Assembly (NCBI RefSeq): GCF_009914755.1
Contig: NC_060930.1
Strand: one strand, 5' to 3'
Origin: the human T2T-CHM13v2.0 reference genome, Homo sapiens
Length of the DNA: 64,000 bases
How positions within the stretch are numbered: the first letter of the stretch is position 1; every line of letters starts with the position of its first letter. The notes beneath the pieces are model-generated. The model had not been told where the DNA came from and ran no database searches. It saw only the letters and a program-made list of their open reading frames with translations. The translations under genes and the position numbers were made by a program. Below, in pieces: positions 32,766 through 45,700 of the stretch.

Positions 32766-35281
32766 ATTTATAACCTGATTATATTGAACTGACATCATTT
32801 ATTTAATGGTTTTTGCCATTGCATTTCAGTTCAAAAAGGATTTAAGGAAACTTTTAATCAGAGTATTTCTAAAAACATTAAACATTGGTCTCACAGGAAG
32901 AAAACACTGCAACAGTCAGTCAAATCATTCATATTAAAAGTTAATGTTTTTCCAATGAAAAGAGACCCTTTCAGTAAGGTTTTTCAGTCTGTAAGTTCTG
33001 GAGTCTAGATGGAATTGAGAGATTGTCCAATTAAATTTATACTTAGGATCAAATGCAACTAAACTTCCATAAACGTACTCTTGAATCACATCACGATCTA
33101 TTTCTAATATTTATTATTGCTGAATTTTTGTATTTTTGCATCTGTGTTCATAAGCACAAATGACTTTTTTTTTTTAAACAAAGTCATATCTTGCTTGGGT
33201 AACAAGATTATAATTGACCTCATGAGCTAAGCTTCTTTCTTAATTTTTGTATTTTCCAAAATAATTTTTAAAAAAGGTGGATGGTATTCCTAATTTATTG
33301 AATTGTTGATATCATAGGAAAACCATTTAGACCTAGTATTTGCCTTTAGTTGTTGTTGTTTATGAATTCCATTTCTTTAACTGTTAACTGCTGAATCAGA
33401 ATTTTTCTTTCACAAATATTGGTATTTCTGTATTTGTACAAAAATACAACTATTTAGTCATATTTCAAATTTTTCAACATAAAATTACTCAAAATAGTTA
33501 CTTCAATTTTTATCTATGCTAAATCAACAATTATTTGCTATTTTTGGTATTACATTTGAATTTCTTTTTTCTTCATTATTCTTGCCTAAAGTTTGAGTAT
33601 TTTCAAATATTGTGACATTATTACTCATTTCAAATTTCTGGCCCTTACCTTAACATTTTTCCTTCTTATTTTTTTAGCATTTTACCATTTTTCTTTGTAT
33701 AGCTTCTTGAGTTGACCGATTTATTAATTTTCTGAAATGTGTGCAAAGCTATAATTTCCTTCTGTTTAAATATACAACAAAATTTGGCTTGTAGAACCTT
33801 CAGTGTCATTTAATGTCATTTAATTCTGAATAACTGAAATTTCCTTCATAATTCTTTCCTGATTTTCTCTGTATTCCAAGGATTGATTAATAATTTAGCA
33901 CCTAGACATATTTGATATGTATCTTTTGTTTTCATTTTCTTATTGACTATAGAACTGAAACCAACTTTGACAGGAAGCTGCAATCTCTGATTCCAATACC
34001 TTAGTTCTGGGAGTGATCTAGAATGCAGTGTCCAAAATCTTTGGACTCACAGTCAAGCTTTGCTACTCAGAGAGTCTCATATGCTTTAAGAAAAACTACA
34101 TAGCAAAAGAAGGTGCTTTTTTTAATGTTCACATATATTTAGGTAATTAAATGAAGGATAATTTCTCCCGTTTTTTGGAAGGAAACATCTAATGTTTCTA
34201 TGCTAGTTTCTGTCAAAATTTCAAAATACTTTAATGAGTCTGAAATTTATAGGCCATATTATTTTCGTAAGAGAAGCAACATGAATTTCAAATGACCCGT
34301 GAGAATTTTATCAATAAACAGTTTTTGCAAATATATTTTTGTGTTCATAGCCATAAAGAGGCATGAATGCCGAAGAGAAAAAAACTTGAAAACACTTTTT
34401 TCTTTAAAAAAAAAGCCTTCACTCATCTTTTTAGCCACAATCTGCTAAAATTCATGACATCAAAGTTGTTCTTCATGAAATATAGCCCTTTTTTGAGAAT
34501 TTGTTTATTTTTATAATACCGATATCATCTTAATACAAAGAAAAACTTTTTTAAAGCCCTTAGGCTATGTAAGTGAGAACGTTTTTCCAATGCAAATAGA
34601 ACATTTGATTATTACATCTTGGTAGATATTGGATGTACTAACAAATTATTAAAAGTAAACAAAGAAAACTGTAAGAAAAATATATAAATAAAAACAAAAC
34701 ACTGTGAGTTTTGAATTTATAAAATTTGCCTGAGTGTACTTGTTTTTTAAAAATGTATCAAATCAAGAGTTGCCATTTTTTTACCAGATGATTATACTAA
34801 TGCATTTGCAAACTGTGAAGGTAAATTTATAACGAGAAAAACAAAAACATAACGTTTTTAAAAACAGTTTAGTTTTCTAACGAATTCCATCTGAACCACA
34901 AAGTTATGGTACAGTCTCAATATGCGAGTAAATAAGTGATTATATCAACTGGGAGATGTTCACAAATCTGATGTGGTTACAAAATACTAAAAATTTTAGT
35001 CATGGCTTTAGCGATGACAGTCTAGGTTGTGCCACTTTTCTACAAGCAAATAAAAGTAGAACTGTTAAGGATAGCATTGAAAAAAACGTTACTTGGTTTG
35101 AAGATATGCTGGTACTTTTAGAAGAGTTTTTGGGAAACTTCCTTTTGAAAGCTGTTTCTTGGCTTTGAGGAAAGTTCTGTTTCTCTCAATGGTTTGATAA
35201 CACTGAAAAGGAAAATGCTGTTGATTACTACTTGTTTATCTCATATTTATGATTTTAAATATATCTCCAATATATTTATGA

Positions 35282-35334
35282 TTTTCTCTTCATTCCCACC
35301 GCTACCTCCCCTTCTGTCTTTCTCTATTTCGTAG
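35282..35334 (+). promoter_or_regulatory. FUT9: Polypyrimidine tract and 3' splice acceptor of the FUT9 coding exon (exon starts at 35335, 8 nt before the ATG)
   Basis: ttttctcttcattcccaccgctacctccccttctgtctttctctatttcgtAG|GAAAAATTATG; A at -3 of the start codon. Confidence 0.92.
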
Positions 35335-35342
35335 GAAAAATT

Positions 35343-36422
35343 ATGACATCAACATCCAAAGGAATTCTTCGCCCATTTTTAATTGTCTGCATTATCCTGG
35401 GCTGTTTCATGGCATGTCTTCTCATTTACATCAAACCTACCAACAGCTGGATCTTCAGTCCAATGGAATCAGCCAGCTCTGTGCTGAAAATGAAAAACTT
35501 CTTTTCCACCAAAACTGATTATTTTAATGAAACTACTATTCTGGTGTGGGTGTGGCCATTTGGGCAGACCTTTGACCTTACATCCTGCCAAGCAATGTTC
35601 AACATCCAAGGATGCCATCTCACAACGGACCGTTCACTGTACAACAAATCCCATGCAGTTCTGATCCATCACCGAGACATCAGTTGGGATCTGACAAATT
35701 TACCTCAGCAAGCTAGGCCACCCTTCCAGAAATGGATTTGGATGAATTTGGAATCACCAACTCACACTCCCCAAAAGAGTGGCATTGAGCACTTGTTTAA
35801 CCTGACTCTGACTTACCGCCGTGATTCAGATATCCAAGTGCCTTATGGCTTCTTGACGGTAAGCACAAATCCCTTCGTGTTTGAAGTGCCAAGCAAAGAG
35901 AAATTGGTGTGCTGGGTTGTGAGTAACTGGAACCCTGAGCATGCCAGAGTCAAGTATTACAATGAGCTAAGCAAAAGCATTGAAATCCATACCTACGGGC
36001 AAGCATTTGGAGAATATGTCAATGATAAAAATTTGATTCCTACCATATCTGCTTGTAAATTTTATCTTTCCTTTGAAAATTCAATCCACAAGGATTACAT
36101 CACGGAAAAGCTATACAATGCTTTTCTGGCTGGCTCTGTACCTGTTGTTCTGGGACCATCTAGGGAAAACTATGAGAATTATATTCCAGCAGATTCATTC
36201 ATTCATGTGGAAGATTATAACTCTCCCAGTGAGCTAGCAAAGTATCTGAAGGAAGTCGACAAAAACAATAAGTTATACCTTAGTTACTTTAACTGGAGGA
36301 AGGATTTCACTGTAAATCTTCCACGATTTTGGGAATCACATGCATGTTTGGCTTGCGATCATGTGAAAAGGCATCAAGAATATAAGTCTGTTGGTAATTT
36401 AGAGAAATGGTTTTGGAATTAA
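35343..36422 (+). CDS. FUT9: Alpha-1,3-fucosyltransferase 9 (GT10 family; Lewis X/CD15/SSEA-1 synthase), complete ORF in one exon
   Basis: Intact 359-aa ORF MTSTSKGILRPFLIVC...GNLEKWFWN. Type II transmembrane segment at about aa 12-30. GT10 motif KFYLSFENSIHKDYITEKLYNAFLAGSVPVVLGP, HHRD acceptor motif (aa 109-112), and N-glycosylation sequons N62, N101, N153. I recognise the sequence as human FUT9. Confidence 0.99.
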   Translation: MTSTSKGILRPFLIVCIILGCFMACLLIYIKPTNSWIFSPMESASSVLKMKNFFSTKTDYFNETTILVWVWPFGQTFDLTSCQAMFNIQGCHLTTDRSLYNKSHAVLIHHRDISWDLTNLPQQARPPFQKWIWMNLESPTHTPQKSGIEHLFNLTLTYRRDSDIQVPYGFLTVSTNPFVFEVPSKEKLVCWVVSNWNPEHARVKYYNELSKSIEIHTYGQAFGEYVNDKNLIPTISACKFYLSFENSIHKDYITEKLYNAFLAGSVPVVLGPSRENYENYIPADSFIHVEDYNSPSELAKYLKEVDKNNKLYLSYFNWRKDFTVNLPRFWESHACLACDHVKRHQEYKSVGNLEKWFWN

Positions 36423-38651
36423 AATTTTTCATCACTTGCACACTTGATAAATATTTTGATGAGATATCATCCAAGTATTGAGGATAAGAAGAGATGCAAC
36501 ATACTACTTTTGTGTCACAATTTATTTTTATCACCCTCTCTAGGGTAACGTGTATATTTTGGTGGAGATTTTTAAAAGCTCAGCATGAGCAATCATTCCA
36601 TTCGGTTTTAAATTATCCTGTATATACCTAATTATGTGCACTGGAGAGTAATTTATTCTTCATTATCATTTGTAAACATTGCTTTTTCACATTTTTGTAG
36701 TTGTCCATAATGTAAGCTTGTGGTTTGATTATTGTTTCCACACTGATCAGCTGTTTAATCTATTTGGGAAATGAAGATGCACATCTTAAAGTATGAAAAA
36801 TTTTCACTAAGTATTACAATGTCTAGTTCCAACTTTGCATACTATAACAGAGGAAGAACATGTTGCGATTGAATTCTAACCTCTTTGACTCCTAAGATGA
36901 ATGAAGTGTATAACTGTCTCTATTTGATCTATTTTTTTTACCTGTTTATCACATTTGTGAAGGTGAAATTATTCATGGAGTGAATAAGAAAGATATGAAG
37001 CAGAACTGTTCTATTCAGGAAGCTATTAGACTTCTCATTTATTTTCATTAAGCTGATTTGCAGCTACTTATTCTCATGGTCTTAAATTAAATTATTCAAG
37101 TATTTTTAAATATCCAATTTGTTGTGATTTTCAGCACCTGGGAAGTAATCCCAATAATACTTTAGAAAATCTAAGACAGTTCTTTCTGCTACTGATGACA
37201 CTCATTGTCATAATAAAACAAATAATTTCCTCAAATAACAAAGAAAAATGATACCTATAAATATATTTATAAATGGTGTCATTTATGAACAATGTTTAAT
37301 TATGTATCAATTTAAGATTTTTTTCTGAAGCCCTAATATTTAAAATGGCCTTATTTTACCATATGGATATAAGATTTGGCTCATAATGATGAGCCCTATC
37401 ATTTGATTTGAGTTCTATCATTTAAGAGAGCCTAAATAAAATTATCATCAAGGTATTAAATATAAGACGTTAAATATAATAAAGTGGGGATATATAGAAA
37501 ACACACAGTGTTAGCACAGAGTAAGATCTCAATGCACATTTGTTGGATGAATAAATAAATGCAATTGAATTCCCAGAAAAATGATTGTTTCAAGGAAGTG
37601 ACAGTTCTACTTTAGAAGTACTAATTGGAGATGACTTTTATATCCCATTTTGGTAATTATTCATACATAGCACATATGACCATGATGTTCAGGGCTTTAT
37701 AGAACCAAATAAACCTACCATTACATGAAAATTTTGAAGAGTATATTCCTGAACTTGCAGCTGCCTATAGCATTCTCCTCCATAAGGCGAGAGGAGAGCC
37801 GGATATAAGCAGAGATCGTAGGTGAAAAAAGATGGGCCATTAAGGATTCTTCAAGGAAAACATTCCTCAAAATGATCTTTAGTGCCTTTATTCCTTTCAG
37901 GCCAATAATCCACCCAAAAATTAGAATGTTCTGAGACATCCATTTGGGTCTATTTGTGACTTATTCGTATTACAAATTGACATCAGCAAAATTCAAAAAG
38001 AATTCAGTAAAAAGGGCATAGATCCAGCTATCCAGACTATCTTGTGAGAGAATAAGCTCACCCCAGCACCAGAAAGATTTGAGCAGAGGAATATTCCTGT
38101 AATGAATAGAGGATTGTTTGATTCTCAGGTATATTTCTTAAGCCAAGATTGAATGCAGTGTCAGGCACTGCCTTAACACCCACAGAGATAAGATGAACAA
38201 GGTACTATCACTGCCTAAAATGAGCTTACAATTAAGTGGATAGACGTATAAAAGCTTCCTTTCAATTCAGCCTGAGACTGTTTATATGCATGTGCTACTC
38301 GGAATGACGTTTGTATGGGTCAATGCTGATTTAATGGGGAAAAAAAGTAGAAAATTTCCCCAATTGCTTAGCTGTTTGACATGTTTCTGAGCTGCAAACT
38401 TTGTCAACTCTTTTGACCCAACATATTATTCTCTCCGTATTATCTCTTCTAACCACAATGCATTAAGAAATAATATTTTTATGTGGATGTCCTCCTCAAT
38501 AAGTAAAGATCTCCATCCATATTTAATTAATTGGTAAGACAGTCAAATTCATACATTTACATTTACTTTGTCAAATTTTTTGGTCTATAAAAAGCATAGA
38601 GATCTAAAGAGGATACACTGCTAACAAGTTTAGAAAGCACCTGCTTTTTTT

Positions 38652-38948
<297 letters not shown>

Positions 38949-39397
38949 CACCTGTTTTTTTTGAAGGCAGAAAAACATTCAATATTAAAAGCATTCAATA
39001 TTATTTCAACCTGCCTTGGCTCTAGTGAATGTTCATGATTTGAAAGAACTGAAAGACCTAAAGGCAGTGTCTCTATTGTTGACTACAAATGTAGGCTCTT
39101 TGTTGGACTATGACTCTAATCACACACTGATAATATGACGCAAGTAGAGGCAGTACTACTAAGTATCTAGCAGGTGCTTTGAAACCCCATTACTAAGTCC
39201 CAGAAGACTGTTTCCTAAATTTGAAGTGGAAGAATTAAATGACTCAATGGAACCCTTTAGCTGTGGGTCCATTGATGTGTGAGTTTTAGAGCTAGAAGGA
39301 ATTATAATTTTGTTGTTTATAATTGCTCTAATATAGAAATTATAATTGCTTTTCTTTCTACTTATGAGTTAACTAGATCCAGAGATATTTATTCAAG

Positions 39398-39436
39398 ACA
39401 CACATTGACACACACGTACACACACACACACACACA
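39398..39436. repeat. Imperfect (CA)n
   Basis: acacacattgacacacacgtacacacacacacacacacac. Confidence 0.85.
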
Positions 39437-41954
39437 CCCCACAGCTAGTGACAATAGTTAAGATTTGGATTTAAGGATCCTATCTTTCTTTATCCCACTT
39501 TCTTTTCAATCGCATTCATAACTTATTATAGAATTATGTCTCAATTTTTACAAATGTGAATGTCTTATTGGTATTTTTAGGGCCTATAGAATGGTACACC
39601 TCATGTAGAAGAACTTCGACTTTTGAAGGTATACAATAAATAAAACATCAAACTTGTTAGCATTCGTTCTGGTTTAAATATTTTAGGAGTTGAGTTCAGC
39701 AGAAGGAAATGGGCTATCACTACATTTAAGTGAAATACAACCCTCAAGAAAGTGTATGGTTCACAGCCACTCCTTTAATAAATCCTGTGGGTTGCAATTC
39801 TTTGTAAGAAACTCATGAAAAAGATATATTGATTCAACAAAATTGGTTTGCTGTTGATTATACAAACCAATAATTATGCCTAGAATTAAATTGTGGACAC
39901 AAAAAAGGGAACAGACCATTTAAAATGTTTTATTTCAAAATATCGAAAAGCTATTACCTTCAATACTCTAAATATTTAAATATTAATTATTGTAGACATC
40001 AGTAAGAATAAATAAATGTTAATCATTATAGACCTTACTAATAAGAATATATACTGAATTGTCCACATCCAGAGTATTACACCCTGAACAAGAAAGACAT
40101 GAGAGCCTGACAGTCATATATATTATGACAGCTGTATATCTGACAATATGAAGTAGAAACTGAAAAAAAAAATCATCTTAGTGGGAAACAAATACATGCT
40201 TAAAATTGTTATATTTACTGTAAAACTCCTGATAATCTTAGATTGTGCAGAAATGTTTCTTATTTTGAGGGGCTTAGAAAGCTCAGCGCATTTGATGTAT
40301 AAAGCAACAGAATATTTAGGAATTATTTGCGGAGGCTTTAAATTCTTACCTCCAATTGGAGGTTAAATATTAAAAGAATAGGAAACTATGCCTCTGATAT
40401 TTTTTTGTCAGCCTATTTTTAAACTAGATTCCATGAGTGTTAAGGTAATATCCTAGAATTTTTTTTTTTGCGTGAATTAAAGTTACCACAAATTTCAGGT
40501 CCTTACCTTATGACTGTGTTTGATCATATCTTTGAGTTCCCTTGAACTCTGATCTCATTTTGAGAAACATTTTGAGAAACTTCTTAACAATTACAATCGA
40601 GCTGTTAAATATAACAAACATCAGAATCTAAAGGATAAGCACAGTGCCTAATGTACAGGAGGGTCATATCAAATACTTGTTGAATAAATACATGAATGTG
40701 ATAAGTGGTCCTGTAAAATATTTTTTAAGAGTAGTGACAATGTTTATTGGTACCAATTGGAGATGATATTTTATATTTATTTTGTTAGTTTGTCACCTGG
40801 ATGCAAAAGGAAGGCATTTTAATTCCTTTCTATCTTACAACATTGTAAAGCATCAAAAGAAGTAACATCTCAAGAAAGATTAGAAAGGATTTGGATCACG
40901 TTAACATTCTATGCAAATATTAGTAACATATCAACTGTTTCTAAAAGGAAAGAAAATTAGTATTTAAGGAGAGTATAAAGTGCGAGCACTGTGAAGGGCA
41001 GATATCTATTACCAAACCACATGGAGAGAAATATAGTCTCTCTCCTAACTTCATTCCATTGTATTGCAATCAGTCAAGTAAGGTGATTTTTTTTTTTCTG
41101 GATGTCTCAATCTAGAGATTTTGTAGCATTTTGCAAATGGGTATGCTTCACTACTATCCACAGTGTTCTCCCCTTTAGTAATTCATATTGAATATATCCA
41201 TATTCATATGCATTTTATAAAACAGTTAACAGAATCTAAATAAGATATAGCCGGCTAAATCTGGAATGTGAGTGCTACCCTAGGTTATTAGTTCAACAAA
41301 CTAATTTTGAGAGAGCCACTTAACCTCTCTGGACCTTGTTTGTAAGCTTTCTTCTAGCACTATTACTCTTATCTAAGATCGAAATTGATATATGCATGAA
41401 ATTCCTAATGGAATTTCAATGTCCATCTCAAAGTAATTTTTTAGGATATTCCATACAGATTTCCTTCTCATTTCTCTGTGTAGATATTTAAAGTATGAAA
41501 TTGATTATTTAAACTAATATGTGGAAAGAACCTAATCCAGAGCTTGGAATATAGAAAGTGCTCAATTAACTGACATTCCTCCTGTATTTCCTCCCTCCCC
41601 TTAGTTGTCTATGACTTTTGAACTCACTGCTCACTGACACCTTAATTGCCTATAGAAAAATCAATCATATTTTAGGCATTATTTTGAAATATTTTAGAGT
41701 TTTCTGTACTATTCAAACTCTTATTACAAAAATCTAAAGATATTTATTGATGCAAAAAATTTAGGGAGTCATTGGAAATACCTGAGGCAATCCCAGGCTA
41801 ACAATAAAATAGCATAATTTTAAGTAAGCTAGATTGAGTTCATTTGAACATTTAGTTATTTTTTAGCTCATAGTTAACATATATCCATGCATTTGATTTA
41901 CTTTAAAAATATTTTATTTAAAAATAACCTCTCAAACACCAGTTGCTTTCTGTC

Positions 41955-42745
41955 AGTTTTACTCAAAGCATGCTTCCTAGGTCACCTGACCTAGAATCAC
42001 CAGAAGTGTTAACAATACCGATTTCTGGGCTTTGAGCCATGAAATTAGAATTTCTTCAAATAATCCATGCCCCCCCGTCACCCAAAAAAAGAGCATGCTT
42101 TTAATACATTTCCAAAATTATCCTGTTTCTGCTATAACTGGTGAACCATCCTGTCCTAAACTAGCAGTTCTCAAACATGCATATGCCTTTGAAACTTCCT
42201 AGATCATCTACATAAAAATCATTTGAAATATTGTTAATAATACACAGCTTCTGAATCTCTGGGTGTGAGATGGGACCAGGAATCTTATTTTAAAAATCTC
42301 CCCAGATGGTTCTGGTGTCCTGCTAGTTTTGAGGTTTTCATCCCACCTGTTTAGATGGGTAGTATTCTATTAAATATGAGGTATTACCTTTCTTTAGTTC
42401 ACCTGGAATCTTCTTAAATATATCGGTAAAGTATTCTACTTCAAAATCCAAGACATTTTGTATGCCTAATTATTTCACACAAGAGCGTGGAACTCACCAG
42501 TCTTGTGACTTGGGGCAGGTTATTTATAGTCTCCAGACACTTTTTCCAGTTGCGAGTTGCTTATAGTAGTTGGAGAACCTGAATGCACATTAGAACCATC
42601 TGGAGAGGCTTTAAAATTGCAGATGTCCAAACCCCACCTCCAGAGAGCTGATCTATTTAGTTTGAGGAAGAGCCCAGAAGTCTAACAGGTGTAAATGTTC
42701 CACAGGTAATACTAATGCAGGCATACCTCAGGAAATCACCAGTTC
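41955..42745. mobile_element. Cluster of three degenerate MER5-type hAT MITEs (about 41955-42153, 42162-42335, 42570-42745)
   Basis: ctcaaagcatg...agaatcaccagaag; agcagttctcaaac...ctgaatctctgggtgtg...ccccagatggttctg; tgaatgcacattagaaccatctggagaggctttaaaattgcagatgtcc. Confidence 0.6.
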
Positions 42746-45700
42746 TTGTCTTGGAGGAACTATTAGGAAAATAAAAGATTATATATCTTGAAAAAAATCT
42801 CTAATTTGCTTTCTAGGTTCTAACTGCATGTTTATATTTTGCAACAGGAAAGACTGGTCTAGACAATTACTAGGATATATGCTTCTGTGATCTGCTTTTC
42901 TATTGTATGTGTTTAAGAGACCACATTCTTGGGTTCCAAAGTCTCCTTGCCTGATAGGTAATTTGCAATTGAGATATGGCACAGAATTGTAGCATCCAAA
43001 TTTTTGACAACTACAGATTTAGAATTGAATCCAAGGTCTGCCATTCACTAGCTATGTGCAAGTTACTCAACTTCTCTTATCCTCAGATTTTGCAGCTGTA
43101 AAGCAGAGGTAGCATATTTCTGAGAAATTATATTCAGGTGACTAGATATGTGTTCAAGTGTTATCTTTTATTCTTATAAAAGATAATTGTGAGGAATCCA
43201 GTGCTATTTTCACAATTTTAATTCTAAAACTCTGAAGACATTAAACAGGCAGTTTGTAGGAATCATTGAAATTTTATACAAGCCGAAGGAACAACATTCA
43301 GCAAAACGGAAACAAATAAATACAGCATGGAAGCATATATTCATGTTTCCCATAATTACTAAGTTACGGAAGGGGTGTGAGGAGCTGGCAGTGGTGGTGA
43401 ATAGGCATTGTTTGCATTACTAAATATATATACCATTTCTTAAGATAATTGGAACTCAAGCAGTCCTAATTTTCTCTCCCTGTTATGAGCAATCAGTAAA
43501 TTAGTAGTCAATTTAACTTATTATCAGTTGGTATAGCGCATGTCACAGAATAGGATAGCAAGAAGATTCTCAGAGATCATTTTCTGGTAAAGAAAAAGGC
43601 CTAGCAATATTTAACAGTTTGACTTAATCCATCACTTCAGCTGGTCCACTAGTTTTGACACAGGACTAGTTAATGATTTGTTAGGAAGTCTCCATCTACT
43701 CTTAAACTAATTTAAAAAAAAGCTAAAAGTTGCTTTTAATATGTTAGGGTATAACTTCAATAAACAGGAGTATTTATCTAGTGGTTCAGAAATAAAATAA
43801 TTGTTAGCCAGCCTGTGATTAAGGCTACCATAATTGCATAATAAATAGCTTTGACGTGAATAATCTCAGTTGTTCAAGTGTACAAATTTAAAGCTGTACT
43901 GTGTTAGAATAAAAAAGTAGGCTCAAGGAAAATTTCTATTTTTCTATATGAAAAAGAGAATGATATTCAAAATAGTATTTTTAAGTAGTTTCTAATTGTG
44001 TTCCTTTAAAGAGTATTAGAAATGTCTGTTATGTCAGTAACATTAGAAAACTTCAAAAACTGATTTATTTTTCTGAGTTCTCTGGAAACCAAACAATTTT
44101 GAATTAGTTGTGTAAGTAAAGTAAGTTAAGTTATAGCTTGCTGGAATTTTATTGTGGAAAACAAATATAGATTTTATCTGAAAAATTTTAAGGGCCAATT
44201 CTACAGAAAGTTATGCTAACATGCTAACTTTCCACACATGGCTGCATTCCATTTTGATTAATGAGGGTTCAGGAAATAGAAAGGCAGTCTCTGCAGAAGC
44301 AGTATCCAAAGGCTAAATTAACAACCCAGGACTACCACTCATTATGTGAGAAATATGGGCCAGAGTTACAATATCACATCTCCAGTCTCAGATTGGCCTC
44401 ATTAGCCACCTTCAGTTCCTTAAATGAGATAATCCTGAAGATGCCATCCTTGTCCAAGGTGAGATTGCCAGAGGATATGAGCTCATCTAGGATGGAATAC
44501 ATGTCTCCAGGGACTGTAATGAGATCAGGCTTTTCATTTACTGGTTTTCTGCCTCAAGAGTCCTTAAGCAAATGAAGATTATCTGATTGTCTATGTAAAC
44601 CTGGAAGTAGTCTACTTTTTAGATAAAAGATAATCTATCTTGAATATTTCATATGTGATTTTAAAATAATTAATCAAAAAACAAAGACTATCATATTTGA
44701 GAACAAGATTTTACTTAGAAGGGAAAAAAAAGAACTTTCAGCTTAATCGGGGTTAAGGGAGTAATTGTGACAATATAAAATGGCATTGTTATAGAATCCC
44801 TAAAAGGTAAATAATGTATGAGATGAAGGTAGGAAGTAATGTGTGCTTGCAGAAATGCAACTGGTCAAAATTACTTGAATGAAATTGTTGAGGTTAAACA
44901 TCTTCATTATAATAATATGTCTTATTCTGATTCCAAGACAATACGAATGTAGAGAAGAGATTTTTAAATGGAAAAAGTAAGGAGCTAACAAGTCTGTACC
45001 TAGATTCAAGTTCACAAAGCGGCAAAAAGGAGAAAAGCGTCAACAAGAAACAAGAAGAGGAGTAGTAAACTAAGGATCAAAGCCCAAGTTCCAGTTTTCA
45101 CAATCTGCTGTATAATTCACTAACATTTCTGAGCCATAGATTTTTAATCTGTAAAAGGAGTGTGATGGACTGTACATTAGAAGTACCTGAGAAGCTCTTA
45201 ATAAATCTTGATGAATTGGTTAGAAATTCTAATTTAATTAGCCTGGCACAGTGCACAAACTGCCATATATTCGTGCAGATGTTTTCTTCTTTTCTTACTG
45301 CGCATTTCCATGTGGCCATGTCACTACAAGGGGTGGGGAAGAAGTTAGTGTGTAATTGCTTCAGGAGCTCTGATTAAAAGGTTGCTGAAGCAAAATACTG
45401 CAATGAAGTTCTGAAAATGAAGAGTTAGGACTTTACATGATTTCTCTTGCCTCATTCCCTCAAGAATGCACATATAGACACACATATGCCAATATCTTTT
45501 TTATGTAGTTCAAGTATAACTTTGAATAAAATGACTTACATTCAAGGAAGGTCAAAACTATTATTCTGAAACAAAATGTGACAATTCTAGCCATTATGTG
45601 AATTGTAAGGGTCAGTAATCCATAAACTATTTGGATGGTAATTGTATGTTTTATTAATGTGATGTAATTTTGCACTATTGTATTGTCATATTTAATCAAA

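Noticed and set aside
34956-35168. 70-aa ORF upstream of FUT9 as a uORF or extra coding exon
   Set aside because: It lies upstream of the splice acceptor, so it is intronic in the spliced mRNA, and it has no homology I recognise.
36307-36534. 75-aa antisense ORF overlapping the FUT9 stop codon
   Set aside because: Short, non-ATG start, no recognisable motif; expected by chance.
44261-44575. 104-aa ATG-initiated ORF in the 3' UTR
   Set aside because: No recognisable domain, acceptor or promoter, and it lies downstream of the main stop codon. It would need ribosome-profiling support.
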